Assembly (NCBI GenBank): GCA_963706595.1
Contig: OY970166.1
Location: forward strand, 2,688,001-2,752,000
Source: an uncultured cyanobacterium
GTDB taxonomy: Bacteria; Cyanobacteriota; Cyanobacteriia; Cyanobacteriales; Nostocaceae
Length of the DNA stretch: 64,000 bases
Direction: 5' to 3'
In this document: piece after piece, positions 33,586-46,102 of the stretch
How positions within the stretch are numbered: position 1 is the stretch's first letter
Layout of the letters: every line of letters begins with the position of its first letter
Program-made: the position numbers and the translations under genes
Notes under the pieces: model-generated
What the model saw: the letters and a program-made list of their open reading frames with translations, nothing else
The model's database searches: none
Told to the model about the DNA's origin: nothing

Positions 33586-34098
33586 ATGATTAACCAAATT
33601 CATACAGAAATCACCACCCTCAACTCAGAAATTCAGGCACTCCAGCAAGAACGGGCTACCCTGAGTATTAATAATGTCTTATCTGGCAAGAATGATTCAC
33701 CTTCAGCAATGGTAGAAGCTTGTCGCCGTCAAGCCAGAGAAAATGCCCAATTATCTATAGAACTTAAGGGTATAGACGATGCGATCGCCGCGCTGGAAAT
33801 ACAGCGACAATACAAACAAGCTGAATTAGAACATTGGCAAAAACAATCCCAACAACTTACCCAAGAGCAAGAATTAGAACAAGCCAGAGAAGTAGCTCAG
33901 GTTCATGCCCAACGCATTAATCAACTAGCAGCAGAACTATCTACAGAAATCCGTCTACTAAAATCTTGCGCTGATTATTTGAGTCCCATGTATTGGCACG
34001 TCTACTACAAGCCCTTTATTACTGGGTTTAAAACTATCTCAGTTCCCTATGTGCGCTCAGATGGGGAAGTCTGGTCAATTGTCAATCGGATTGTTTGA
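33586..34098 (+). CDS. hypothetical coiled-coil protein
   Basis: Q/E/L-rich heptad pattern; AAGGA RBS. Confidence 0.75.
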   Translation: MINQIHTEITTLNSEIQALQQERATLSINNVLSGKNDSPSAMVEACRRQARENAQLSIELKGIDDAIAALEIQRQYKQAELEHWQKQSQQLTQEQELEQAREVAQVHAQRINQLAAELSTEIRLLKSCADYLSPMYWHVYYKPFITGFKTISVPYVRSDGEVWSIVNRIV

Positions 34099-34338
34099 AA
34101 TTGTTCCTATCTGTCCAAAACGCTGATAATAATAACTTGAATTGGTGACTTTAGTCACTTTTTTTATATATATTTTTGTATTGACGTTGCAAAAGTTTAC
34201 AACTAGAATGGTTTTGAGAGGAATTGGTGAGTATTTATTCCTATAATTTTCTGCAAAAGTGGATATTAGGGACAAATAATATTTACAAAAGTACAAATTC
34301 CTTAATATAATGAAATCATAACCAAAAAGGTAAATCAA

Positions 34339-35964
34339 TTGTCAGAACTGATGAATGCTATTGAATTTCCCTGGCTGTCAGCCATAATTTTATTGCCCTT
34401 GGTGGCTGCCTTAGCCATCCCTTTCATCCCAGATAAAGAAGGAAAGACCGTAAGATGGTATGGTTTGGGAGTGGCGATCGCCGATTTTGCACTGATAATT
34501 TCTGCCTTTTGGTATAGCTACGACTTCCAAAACCCCACACTGCAACTCGTAGAAAACTATGCTTGGGTTCCCCAATTAGGTTTAAATTGGTCAGTCGGTG
34601 TTGATGGTTTATCAATGCCCTTACTTTTATTAACCGGCTTAATTAACACACTCGCAATCTTCGCGGCATGGAAAGTCACCACTAAGCCGCGATTGTTTTA
34701 TGCGTTGATGTTGGTGATGTACAGCGCCCAGATAGGCGTATTTGTCGCCCAAGACTTGCTATTGTTCTTCCTAATGTGGGAAATCGAGTTAGTACCTGTG
34801 TATTTGCTAATTTCCATCTGGGGAGGACAAAACCGCCGTTACGCAGCCACTAAATTTATTCTCTATACAGCCGCAGCCTCAATATTTATCTTGGTAGCTG
34901 GTTTTGCAATGGCATTCTCAGGAGATACCGTCACCTTTGACATGGCAACTCTGGGAATGAAACAATACCCCAAAGCCTTAGAATTATTAACTTATGCAGG
35001 TTTCTTGATTGCCTTCGGTGTGAAGATGCCCATCTTCCCCTTACACACTTGGCTACCTGATGCCCACGGAGAAGCATCTGCACCTGGTTCCATGATTTTG
35101 GCTGGTGTGTTGTTAAAAATGGGTGGTTATGCACTCATCCGCTTCAACGTTGAAATGTTGCCTAACGCCCATGTTTACTTTGCCCCAGTCCTAGCAGTAT
35201 TAGGTGTAGTTAACATTGTCTACGGTGCTTGTTGCGCCTTTGCCCAAACAAATCTTAAACGCCGCTTGGCTTACTCTTCAATTGCCCACATGGGATTTGT
35301 CTTAATTGGGATTGCATCTTATACAGAGATTGGGATTAGCGGTGCTGTATTACAGATGGTTTCCCACGGTTTGATTGCTGCTAGCTTATTCTTCTTATCT
35401 GGTGTAACTTACGAACGTACCCACACCTTGATGATGGACAAAATGGGTGGTATGGCGAAAGTAATGCCCAGAACCTTCGCAGTATTTACAATTGGTGCAA
35501 TGGCTTCTCTGGCTTTACCCGGAATGAGTGGCTTTGTGGGTGAGTTGATGGTGTTCCTCGGTATCGCCTCCAGCGATGTTTACAGTTCCAGCTTCAAAAT
35601 TGTAGTCATCGTGTTGTCGGCGGTTGGTGTGATTTTAACTCCAATTTACTTACTATCAATGCTGCGCCAAGTATTCTACGGTGAACAAAATGCAGAATTA
35701 CATCTAGATACTGTCATCGCTGACATCAAACCCCGTGAATTGTTTATCACCGCTTGTTTGATCATTCCCATCATCGGTATCGGTTTCTATCCCAAGTTGG
35801 TTACGCAGACTTACGATGTGAAAGCAGTAGAATTAGCAGCCCATGCGCGTCAAGTCCTGCCAGTTTTCGCACGTCAGCAACCTGCAAGTCTTTACTCGAC
35901 TATCTTCACTACACCAACCTTAGCTTCATCTCAAGTTGATACTTTAGTTAATCTCTCAGAATAA
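34339..35964 (+). CDS. ndhD: NAD(P)H-quinone oxidoreductase subunit 4 (NdhD1/D2 type)
   Basis: [43 protein letters not shown]. Confidence 0.96.
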   Translation: MSELMNAIEFPWLSAIILLPLVAALAIPFIPDKEGKTVRWYGLGVAIADFALIISAFWYSYDFQNPTLQLVENYAWVPQLGLNWSVGVDGLSMPLLLLTGLINTLAIFAAWKVTTKPRLFYALMLVMYSAQIGVFVAQDLLLFFLMWEIELVPVYLLISIWGGQNRRYAATKFILYTAAASIFILVAGFAMAFSGDTVTFDMATLGMKQYPKALELLTYAGFLIAFGVKMPIFPLHTWLPDAHGEASAPGSMILAGVLLKMGGYALIRFNVEMLPNAHVYFAPVLAVLGVVNIVYGACCAFAQTNLKRRLAYSSIAHMGFVLIGIASYTEIGISGAVLQMVSHGLIAASLFFLSGVTYERTHTLMMDKMGGMAKVMPRTFAVFTIGAMASLALPGMSGFVGELMVFLGIASSDVYSSSFKIVVIVLSAVGVILTPIYLLSMLRQVFYGEQNAELHLDTVIADIKPRELFITACLIIPIIGIGFYPKLVTQTYDVKAVELAAHARQVLPVFARQQPASLYSTIFTTPTLASSQVDTLVNLSE

Positions 35965-36249
35965 ACATAATACCCAATCAGGGTATTGCCAATAAATTCT
36001 AAATATGAGGGTTCTATAGGGGTGGTTATAAAACCACCCTTAAAATTTTTTCTTAATCAAAGGCTTGTAGTGAGGACTTTAGTCCTCTCTATCTACTCTC
36101 GGAAACGTTACGCAAACAAATAAGGAATAAATTTCGATTATTTTATTATTTGACACTGCTTAACCAATAATTCATTAATGGTAAAAGCCCCCAGATTTAT
36201 CTTTGGGTTCAATCTAAAATCTAAAATCCAAAATCCAAAATTGTTTGAC

Positions 36250-37476
36250 TTAATTATTCCAAATCATAGTCGGATTATTTACACCATACTGTACTAATCT
36301 CTTTTTGACTTGATTTTGAGTTTGTACGGGTAAATATTTCCCTACTACACCCATTATTTTATCTGATTCTACGGGTTTAGACATAAAATCTGTTGCACCG
36401 ACCACCTTAGCTCGGACTCGATCTAAAAGACCATCGTTTCCCGTTAAAATAACTATAGGTGTGTTGCTAAAAGCTGAAATTCGGCGCAACTGAGTACAAA
36501 TTTCATAACCATTAGCAATCGGCATAATCAAATCTAAAAAAATCAGGTCTGGCTTATTTTGAATCAAGATGGGTAAAGCTTGTATAGCATCTTGAACTTT
36601 GAGAAATCTCAGTCCATGTGGGACGATAATTTCTTCTAAAGTCTTACAAATCTGAGGACTATCATCTACGCAAGCTATCAGTGGCGCAGTTGATGTTCTA
36701 GCTTGGGTGGAAACGGAATTATTCTTGACTTCTGTCAATGAGATAGGCGTATCAGGTACTTCTACCAGTTCAATAATCCCTGTGATCATATAGGGAACCA
36801 ATGAACGGGTGAGAGGGACAATACTCTGCTTTAGTTTCGCTGCTAAATCTCGCAGAGTGTATTTACCATTGAGCAAATTTACAAACTTTTTATAGACAGA
36901 TTCACTTACATGATGGGCGAGTTGTTCTGGTTTCCGCAAAAGTGGCGCTAAGTCGGGAGAAAAATTAGCCAAACCAGCTTCTGACCAAATTTTCCACGAG
37001 TCTTGCATTTGTTTCATGAAGACATCCGCAATCGTGAAACTTACTGGTGTGTCTATGATCACTTCCTGAGTGCGATCGCAACTTACAGCCACAAAATTTG
37101 TTTGTTGAGCTAAATCAAACAACAGTTCCGCTATTGTGTTTTCTATAATAGAGTGAATTTGTTGTCGTTGAATTTGCTGTTTTTTATACAGAATTTCCAG
37201 GATGTGATAATCCCAGCAATTGATTTCTACGTCTTCTCTACGTAAATTCAACTTATCTATATCAATTTGGGGGCAGTATTGAGCCATATTTCGCCGCCAG
37301 CGCCGGAAAGGGTGGCTTCCTCCATCCGCCCAAACTATCCGTCCTAGACGATAATAGAAAGTCCATTGGTGTCCTTTGGTACTTCTAACCTTTAGACAGC
37401 CATTGTATTGCAGTTGAGTACAAGTTTTCAACTCATCAAGTATATTATTCGACATCATCAGTTCCGAGTGGATCAT
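36250..37476 (-). CDS. PatA-family response regulator (PATAN/DUF4388 + receiver)
   Basis: W.FYYRLGRIVWA.GG.HP.RRW N-domain; receiver CVDDS, FLDLIMP, SKP. Confidence 0.9.
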   Translation of the reverse strand: MIHSELMMSNNILDELKTCTQLQYNGCLKVRSTKGHQWTFYYRLGRIVWADGGSHPFRRWRRNMAQYCPQIDIDKLNLRREDVEINCWDYHILEILYKKQQIQRQQIHSIIENTIAELLFDLAQQTNFVAVSCDRTQEVIIDTPVSFTIADVFMKQMQDSWKIWSEAGLANFSPDLAPLLRKPEQLAHHVSESVYKKFVNLLNGKYTLRDLAAKLKQSIVPLTRSLVPYMITGIIELVEVPDTPISLTEVKNNSVSTQARTSTAPLIACVDDSPQICKTLEEIIVPHGLRFLKVQDAIQALPILIQNKPDLIFLDLIMPIANGYEICTQLRRISAFSNTPIVILTGNDGLLDRVRAKVVGATDFMSKPVESDKIMGVVGKYLPVQTQNQVKKRLVQYGVNNPTMIWNN

Positions 37477-37876
37477 ACGTAGTTTGTTCCTTTAATTAAC
37501 ACATCAGCCCTTCAAACCCTCAAACTAGCTATATAGCTGTTGCTAAATACTCGAAACCTTTGATTTATCGTTGAGAATTAGAGTGACTGCGATAACTTAT
37601 GTTAACTATTGTAAATATCTATGGATATAATCATAACCGTATAAACACTATGTTCATGTGAAAGTTAGATAAACTTATGGGACTTACACATTGGCATTAC
37701 CACAAAATGAGGAATCTCATGAGTGATGATCAGTGGTTTGTTTTAGATTTAAGTCAGGTTTAGTAGATAGAAAATTTTAACCCGTGAGAGTTTTAAGCAT
37801 ACATTATGGGCAAACTAACCTAGTGGTCAAATTGACTCGGCACTACTAGGTAAAAATCGGCTAGGACAACACCATA

Positions 37877-37993
37877 ATGTACCAATCTATTAATCTTGCT
37901 CAATCAAGAGATGCTAATATCGCTTCTAAAATGCCCTTCCAACATCAGATTGAGGCGTTTGAAGCCCTTAATAAAACATTAATGGCTACTTAA
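37877..37993 (+). pseudogene. N-terminal fragment of an SF2 helicase / restriction-type subunit
   Basis: 38-aa ORF MYQSINL...PFQHQIEAFEALNK with a Q-motif-like segment, AGGA RBS, then stop. Confidence 0.45.
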
Positions 37994-38171
37994 ACATAAA
38001 TCCAAACTTCTTAGTTTCATTCAAAATGAACTAGGTTATCATGTGTATAATATCAAGATTATTGTGAGCGTTCAGCCTTCGCCAAAGAATTATTAACTCT
38101 CGGAGGCTTTAAATTAATCCTGCCCAGAACAGGCAAGATACCTGTTCCACAAACACCCATTAAAAAGGCAT

Positions 38172-38212
38172 AAAAAAGCGGGCTAACCGCTAATGAAGTG
38201 GTTAACCCGTTC
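38172..38212 (-). terminator. terminator after the ycf46/ycf35 operon
   Basis: CGGGCTAACCGC/GTGGTTAACCCG imperfect stem with A-tract on the plus strand. Confidence 0.55.
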
Positions 38213-38238
38213 AGCTTTGGGAACGCGCTGAGAAAATT

Positions 38239-38589
38239 CTATTGCAATACCAATTTGACATTGGCGTTTTGCAGACCGCGCTGTTTTACTTCAGACAAGG
38301 TTTTGTTAACTGCATACTTTTGGTTGATGGAGTTGATCAACTCGGTCTGATTGTGCTTCTTAGCAACGCCCCACAGGTCAGCGATGAGGTCAAAGGAACC
38401 ATCGCTATTGCGAGACCAACCTAGATCATATTCACCTTCCAAAACAGCTACGATGTCTGAACGAACGCGCTGACCATTGTAACCACGAACATCCGCTTCA
38501 GTCTTCACGCTTATACCTAAGTCGCGCAAAGAAGACTTGAGGATCTCAGCATCGGTGATTTTGGTACGCAGTGTGCTAAAATGAGACAT
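38239..38589 (-). CDS. ycf35: DUF1257 / Ycf35 family protein
   Basis: MSHFSTLRTKI, DLIADLW, QKYA. Confidence 0.88.
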   Translation of the reverse strand: MSHFSTLRTKITDAEILKSSLRDLGISVKTEADVRGYNGQRVRSDIVAVLEGEYDLGWSRNSDGSFDLIADLWGVAKKHNQTELINSINQKYAVNKTLSEVKQRGLQNANVKLVLQ

Positions 38590-38731
38590 TTGGGTTTCCT
38601 CCAGTGAGAAGAGTGAGAAAAAAGACAACGGTTTTTTTTCGGGAAGCCGCGCTGATGGAAATGCGGCTTTTTCTCTTAGCTGCTAGCTTTTGGGGCTAGC
38701 CTTTGCCCCTGGTATTAGCAGGGGAAAGCTT

Positions 38732-40243
38732 TTAAAACTCCATGCGCTGATATTCAGCGACGGAGGCTGCGGCGGGTCGTGCGCGCTGTCTGGCCCAATC
38801 TCTCAGGGCTGTTACCTGTTCTTGCATGGTACGTGACAACGGCAGAGTTGCTTTGAGTGCAGCAATAATATCTAATTGGGTGAACTCGCGGTCTTGGGCG
38901 AAGGCTTCATACATTGCCGCCACAAGTGCTTGTTCAATTTCTGCCCCAGAGAAGCCGTCAGACATCTTGGCTAATTGCTCAAGGTCGAATCGGGAAATGT
39001 CTTCACGACGTTTGGTGAGGTGGATATTATATATATCCTGCCTTTCTTCGGCTGTGGGCAGATCCACAAAGAAAATTTCGTCAAAGCGTCCTTTCCTCAG
39101 AAACTCTCCAGGCAAGCGTTCGACTCGGTTCGCAGTTGCCATGACAAATACGGGAGATTTCTTGTCTTGCATCCAAGTTAGGAAAGAACCAAAGATTCTA
39201 CTTGATGTACCACCATCAGAATCAGATGAACCTGAGCTACCTGCAAAGGATTTATCTAATTCGTCTATGAACAGAATCGCTGGAGAGATGGATTCTGCTG
39301 TTTTTAGGGCGTTACGTAGATTGGCTTCACTTCGTCCCACCATTGAGCCGTCATATACTCGTCCCATGTCTAGGCGTAGTAATGGCAAACCCCACAGTCG
39401 GGAGGTAGTTTTGGCAATTAGTGACTTACCACAACCAGGAACACCAAGTATTAACATTCCTTTGGGTTGAGGCAAACCATACTCTCTAGCCCTTTCTGTA
39501 AAGGCATTAGAGCGCTGTTTCAGCCACCTTTTTAGTTCTTCTAAGCCACCTACAGCATCAATGGTTGCATCTTCTTCGATGTATTCTAAAATACCATTGC
39601 GCCGAATGAGTTGCTTTTTCTCAGATAGAACTATATCTACTTCATCCTCCGTCAAGCGTCCAGTTGTTACCTGTGCTTTACGGTATACTTTCTCGGATTC
39701 ATCTTTAGTTAAACCTAAAGCTGCTCTGAGAAGCTTTTCTCGCGCCTCGGTTGTCAGCCGTCTGCCTCGATTTTGCTCTAAATGGTAGGTTAAAACTTTG
39801 TTTAACTCCGCCATGTCTGGCAATTGGAAGTCAAGAACGACAACTTCTTTCTCTAATTCAATGGGAACTTGCTGCATGGGTGACATCAAAATGATGTTTT
39901 TCTGCATTCCCTTAAAACTAGCGATCGCATCACGTAAGGATCTCGTTGTAGCAGGCGCATCAATAAACGGATGTAAATCTTTAAGAATAAATATACCAGG
40001 TTCTTTCTGCCGGATGATCCACTCAATCGCAGCCTCCGGCGAAACAGTGTTGTGTTGGGTGACGTTCCGGGGTTGCCCATGTTCCACGATGCCGTGAGTT
40101 ACTGTCCAGACGTAAACGCGGCGTTGGGGCTTTAATAATTGGGCGATTGTGGAAATTGCCTGTTCCGCCCGTTCTTCCTCGGAGGTCACAAGGTAGATTA
40201 GAGGATATTGAGCTTGAATTAAGATATTGAGCTCTTCTTTCAT
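38732..40243 (-). CDS. ycf46: Ycf46-family AAA+ ATPase
   Basis: GVPGCGKS, FIDELDK, ATAN, RKGRFDEIFFVDLP. Confidence 0.92.
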   Translation of the reverse strand: MKEELNILIQAQYPLIYLVTSEEERAEQAISTIAQLLKPQRRVYVWTVTHGIVEHGQPRNVTQHNTVSPEAAIEWIIRQKEPGIFILKDLHPFIDAPATTRSLRDAIASFKGMQKNIILMSPMQQVPIELEKEVVVLDFQLPDMAELNKVLTYHLEQNRGRRLTTEAREKLLRAALGLTKDESEKVYRKAQVTTGRLTEDEVDIVLSEKKQLIRRNGILEYIEEDATIDAVGGLEELKRWLKQRSNAFTERAREYGLPQPKGMLILGVPGCGKSLIAKTTSRLWGLPLLRLDMGRVYDGSMVGRSEANLRNALKTAESISPAILFIDELDKSFAGSSGSSDSDGGTSSRIFGSFLTWMQDKKSPVFVMATANRVERLPGEFLRKGRFDEIFFVDLPTAEERQDIYNIHLTKRREDISRFDLEQLAKMSDGFSGAEIEQALVAAMYEAFAQDREFTQLDIIAALKATLPLSRTMQEQVTALRDWARQRARPAAASVAEYQRMEF

Positions 40244-40333
40244 ACAATCGACCTACTTGAGACCTTATACAGTAAAGACATCGTTTGTTGGTTGTGGCAA
40301 CCGAATCATGAACTGTTCATTCATCATTCTTAC

Positions 40334-40678
40334 CTAGCAAGGAACCAATTCTTCCTCACCCTTGGGATGAGTTTCATCTTTTTCCATCTCGTCAATGGAT
40401 AGATGCTCTGGGATTATTCCTGCTTGACTGCTCATGGCAATCAGTTCCCCATCACGTAAGACTAATGAACTCTCACACTCTGGACAGGAGTAAATTCGAT
40501 GCGTTCGTCCATAAGCAGAAGCTTCAACTTCCTCAACTAGTTCTGAGTTAGCTAGGTAGAAGACTAGGGCGCGTTCGGCAAGCTCTGACATCGGTTCTGA
40601 ATCAATAGCTGAACGAATCTTCAGTTTTTTGTGAAGTTCTGGCGACAGATATAAAGTAACCTTTTGCTTAGTTTGCAT
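40334..40678 (-). CDS. ribbon-helix-helix-like protein with CxxC
   Basis: KVTLYLSPELHKKLKIRSA RHH pattern; CPEC. Confidence 0.75.
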   Translation of the reverse strand: MQTKQKVTLYLSPELHKKLKIRSAIDSEPMSELAERALVFYLANSELVEEVEASAYGRTHRIYSCPECESSLVLRDGELIAMSSQAGIIPEHLSIDEMEKDETHPKGEEELVPC

Positions 40679-40771
40679 ATAACTCTTTGACGGCCTTACC
40701 CGGGTATGTATATTACGTTATCGGTTATTTTGTGAGGTGTCAAGACATTAAAGCGTTTTGACAGCAATATT

Positions 40772-40789
40772 GTTACATTTGTTTACATT
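40772..40789. promoter_or_regulatory. HLR1-like (RpaB) direct repeat
   Basis: GTTACATT-TG-TTTACATT matches (G/T)TTACA(T/A)(T/A)-N2 repeat between divergent genes. Confidence 0.55.
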
Positions 40790-40926
40790 CAGTAATGACA
40801 TAGTGATTGAACTAAGTTATTTATAAAACATTTACCTATTTGTGCTTATGCAACTAACCAGGGTGAAAAATCCGGTAATTTATTGATATAAATCGGTTTA
40901 TCTGGTAAATTTGAAACATAAGTGAC

Positions 40927-41469
40927 TTGAGAAAAAATATAATTATGTCTAGCACTACAGTAAAAACCTGTAGTTTAACACGGCGATTTTATACTAGAAT
41001 TGTAAGACTTAGCGGCAAAACTGCCTTGTTATTGAGTCTGTGGAGTTGTACAGGCAGCAGTTTCCTTGCTCCTAAAGTTACATGGAATACTTATACTAAT
41101 TCGCGTTATGGATTTGAATTTCCATATCCTAGTAATTGGAATACCTTGCCATCTAAGGCAAACAATGATGGAATTGTTTTGGTATCACCAATAAATAATT
41201 ATGTAGAAATTCGGGCATGGGCTGGTTATAAGATACGTGAGTCAATAGAACAAAATAGCAAAATAACGCATAACCCCAACTTTGAAACAGATCAAGGTGT
41301 ATCTGGAGTGCTACTTGTGGAAGTTGACCAGCAAATAAGCTCAATGTCATTGAGTCTAACTAAGGATGAAGTCCAATATTTCTGGCAGGCGCGCAGCCAG
41401 AATGAAGAATTTTCAGATTATTATCATTTGTTTTACTACATCGCCTACCAGTACAGGATTCAGGAGTAG
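40927..41469 (+). CDS. hypothetical exported/lipoprotein, PsbP-like N-terminus
   Basis: LLLSLWSC lipobox-like; W.TYTN.RYGFEF.YP.NW; start uncertain. Confidence 0.65.
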   Translation: MRKNIIMSSTTVKTCSLTRRFYTRIVRLSGKTALLLSLWSCTGSSFLAPKVTWNTYTNSRYGFEFPYPSNWNTLPSKANNDGIVLVSPINNYVEIRAWAGYKIRESIEQNSKITHNPNFETDQGVSGVLLVEVDQQISSMSLSLTKDEVQYFWQARSQNEEFSDYYHLFYYIAYQYRIQE

Positions 41470-41620
41470 GAGAAAGTAGAGAAATGGGGAAGCATAGCGA
41501 AAAAATATGATTCCTGATCATCCTCATCTGCCTGATTTCCCAACCCAAAATCACCTATTTTTACAAGAATGATGGTTGAGAGGGTACAGAAACCTGATAG
41601 ATTTAGCTATCAGCGAGTAA

Positions 41621-42787
<1,167 letters not shown>

Positions 42788-43027
42788 ATTCAAGCCTGCT
42801 GGAAACTGTTCGTCATGTCTTAGCACAACATGATGGACAGTTAATTTTTGTTGAGCATCAACTATATATTTTGTGAAGTGGGCATTTTGCCCACTTCTAC
42901 CTAGCAAGGCGGACTTACCACAGAACCTGCGTAAGCAGGATTTGTATGTATAGCCTCAGACTGACAATCTGCGGGTAATTGACTGCAATGTAAAAGAATC
43001 TGGGATTATCTGCTTATCTAGTTTTTT

Positions 43028-44165
43028 ATGAGAATCGCTTTATTTACTGAAACCTTTCTGCCCAAGATTGACGGCATAGTAACGCGCCTACGCCATACTG
43101 TTGACCATCTACAACGTAATGGCGACCAAGTACTAGTATTTGCCCCTGATGGTGGAATTACTGAACATAAAGGAGCTAAAGTTTACGGTGTTACTGGCTT
43201 TCCTCTGCCATTGTATCCAGAGTTAAAAATGGCTTTACCACGTCCTGCCATTGGTTATGCTTTAGAAGAATTTCAGCCAGATATTATTCATGTGGTGAAT
43301 CCAGCTGTCTTAGGATTGGCTGGGATTTTTTATAGCAAGATGCTTAAAATACCGCTAGTTGCATCTTACCATACCCATTTACCTCAATATCTCCAGCACT
43401 ACGGTTTGGGAATGCTCGAAGGATTTCTGTGGGAATTGCTCAAAGGCGCTCATAATCAAGCCGCTTTAAATCTTTGCACCTCTACAGTGATGATGGAAGA
43501 ACTGACTGGACACGGTATTGAACGGGTAAAGGTGTGGCAGAGGGGTGTGGATACAGAATTCTTTCATCCTGATTTAGCTAGTTTGGAGATGCGATCGCGT
43601 CTGTCCCAAAATCACCCAGAAAGTCCCCTACTGCTGTATGTCGGTCGTCTTTCCGCCGAAAAGGAAATTGAACGCATCAAGCCCATATTAGAGGCAATTC
43701 CTCATGCCCGATTGGCATTAGTCGGTGATGGTCCCCACCGTCAAGAATTAGAAAAACATTTTGCAGATACTGACACTCATTTTGTTGGGTATCTCACAGG
43801 ACAAGAATTAGGTTCTGCCTTTGCTAGCGCTGATGCCTTTATTTTTCCTTCTCGGACAGAAACACTAGGCTTAGTTTTACTAGAAGCCATGGCGGCGGGA
43901 TGTCCAGTTGTAGCAGCCCGTTCTGGGGGAATTCCTGATATTGTTACGGACGGTGTAAATGGCTATCTTTTTGATCCCACAGCAGATATTCAAGATGCCA
44001 TTAATGCCACTGTTTGCCTCCTGGAACACAAAAAAGAACGAGAAGTGATTCGTGAAAACGCCCGTAGGGAAGCAGAAAATTGGGGATGGTCAGTCTGCGA
44101 CTTGTCAGTTGCAGGATTACTATGAAAAGGTGGTATTTGCCGGAAAACTGACCACAGTAGCTTAA
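43028..44165 (+). CDS. sqdX: sulfoquinovosyldiacylglycerol synthase (GT4); indel near the 3' end
   Basis: FTETFLPKIDG, YVGRLS.EK, ETLGLV.LEAMA; natural tail QLQDYYEKV in another frame. Confidence 0.93.
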
Positions 44166-44236
44166 ATCAGTCAAAAGTGAACAGTTATCAGTAATCAAGG
44201 TCGTTTGACTGATAACTGATAGCTGATTGTAGTCTC

Positions 44237-44497
44237 TCAGCTTGTACTTTCCTCATCATCACCTTTAAAGGGACTTTCACCAATTTGCAGTTGTTTTTTC
44301 GTTTTTTTCAACTGTTTCCACAAAGCCTTGATTTGTTCATAAGCTTCATCTGGGGTCAACTTTCCACCTGTTTCTAAATTACAGATGTAACTAATACGTT
44401 GAGCAAATTCCTGCAAATTGGCATTAAAAACCAAATTTTCAGGCTTTACATGACCATAGTAGCGCCCACGAGGATAGAGAAAATCATCTTTATTCAT
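44237..44497 (-). CDS. conserved cyanobacterial hypothetical protein
   Basis: FLYP..RYYG..KPENLVFNANLQEFAQR..YIC.LETGGK; start uncertain. Confidence 0.8.
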   Translation of the reverse strand: MNKDDFLYPRGRYYGHVKPENLVFNANLQEFAQRISYICNLETGGKLTPDEAYEQIKALWKQLKKTKKQLQIGESPFKGDDEESTS

Positions 44498-45226
44498 TAT
44501 TTTTAGCCATTTATCTAAATATTGTTTCTGTTTTCGGGATTTTCCAGAAATAAATTCTCTAACTTCCAGATCCCAGTCCACTTATTTTTCCTGATTTTCC
44601 TTGTCTCAAATGATTGGGTATTTTTTTTACTGAGAAATCCCTTAATATAGCTAAATAATTAAATACCTTAATCTTTTCTGTGTCAGACCAAAGAAGTTGA
44701 TCTCAACACTTTCATTCTGGCAGGGATTGTGGGGAAAAGGGTTAATTCTGAGTTTGAATTTAAAGGCTCAGGATCAAACATGAAACGCTTGACAACAAGC
44801 AGTATAAACAATTGATTTACTTAGATGAGCAAAAACATCATATTTTGCTCTTGCTAATTAATTTCATTAAATGATAATCTGTTTGATGGCTTAGGTACTT
44901 TTGATTGTGCTAAAAGGTTCCATTCATACGGTATTAATCTGTATTTTTTCAATGGTTTTAGAGTTTTTCTGCCCCCCGATAATTATATGCAGGTGATAAA
45001 ACTTACCCTACCCTAACTATAATTGTCTACCATCAAAGGTTAGAGTTCCGTTGTCTTTGTTCGACAACTTACCCTGACTCTCATCCTGCTAGAGTGTAGG
45101 TGCTTGAGATCAACCGATCAAGGATAGCCAAGTCACCACCAATAGCAGACCTGGAAGAACTAAAGATAAAATAGTTAAGCCTGAAAGGGCTAAAGCTGCC
45201 CACTTCCTCAAACTTTACCTCACATC

Positions 45227-45964
45227 ATGTCTGTTTACTCTCAGTTATACGAAGGCAAAGCTAAAATTCTCTATGCAACGGACGATCCAGAAGTCTTGTT
45301 AGCTGATTTTAAGGATGATGCCACTGCTTTTAATGCCCAGAAACGTGGCAGTATTATCGACAAGGGAAAAATTAACTGTACCATTTCTAGCCAGTTATTT
45401 CAGCAGTTGGAAATCTATGGTATAAAAACCCACTATATTGATAGTCCTAATCCGCATCAAATGCGAGTCAAGGCTGTCAAGATTGTGCCAATAGAAGTAG
45501 TGGTCAGAAATATTGCTGCTGGTAGTCTTTGTCAGCAAACAGGATTAACTGTAGGTACGGTGCTGAAACAACCGTTGGTAGAGTTTTATTACAAAAACGA
45601 CCAATTGGGAGATCCACTGTTAACACGCGATCGCCTATTTCTGCTAGAACTAGCAACACCGGAACAAGTAGATACAATTAACAATCTAGCATTGCAAGTC
45701 AACGAGTTTCTCCGTGACTTTTGGCAAAAGTGCGGCATTACCCTAGTAGACTTCAAACTAGAATTTGGTTTGGACTCACAACAGCAAATACTCTTGGCAG
45801 ATGAAATTAGCCCTGATACTTGCCGTTTGTGGAACACGACCGAAGCAGATCCTAACCTGCGGGTTATGGATAAAGACCGTTTCCGCCGTGACTTGGGGAA
45901 TGTAGAGAATGCTTACCAGGAAGTTTTACAACGAGTGCTACAAGCAGTAGAAAGTAAAACTTGA
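45227..45964 (+). CDS. purC: SAICAR synthetase
   Basis: YEGKAK, FKDDATAFN, DFKLEFG, LADEISPDTCR. Confidence 0.98.
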   Translation: MSVYSQLYEGKAKILYATDDPEVLLADFKDDATAFNAQKRGSIIDKGKINCTISSQLFQQLEIYGIKTHYIDSPNPHQMRVKAVKIVPIEVVVRNIAAGSLCQQTGLTVGTVLKQPLVEFYYKNDQLGDPLLTRDRLFLLELATPEQVDTINNLALQVNEFLRDFWQKCGITLVDFKLEFGLDSQQQILLADEISPDTCRLWNTTEADPNLRVMDKDRFRRDLGNVENAYQEVLQRVLQAVESKT

Positions 45965-46102
45965 ATTGTTTTTGACTGATGCCTTGCGACTTATAAAGTA
46001 AAGAGGCAATAGCAAACAATTTTATTTTGACCCGGTATCTTTTGCATAAGAGCATGATTGCCAAGCGAATGGTGTGTGGACGTGAAGAGGAATTTAAATA
46101 AA

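Noticed and set aside
38826..39470. 214-aa plus-strand ORF
   Set aside because: Antisense shadow of the ycf46 ATPase; the same applies to most other short antisense ORFs in the track
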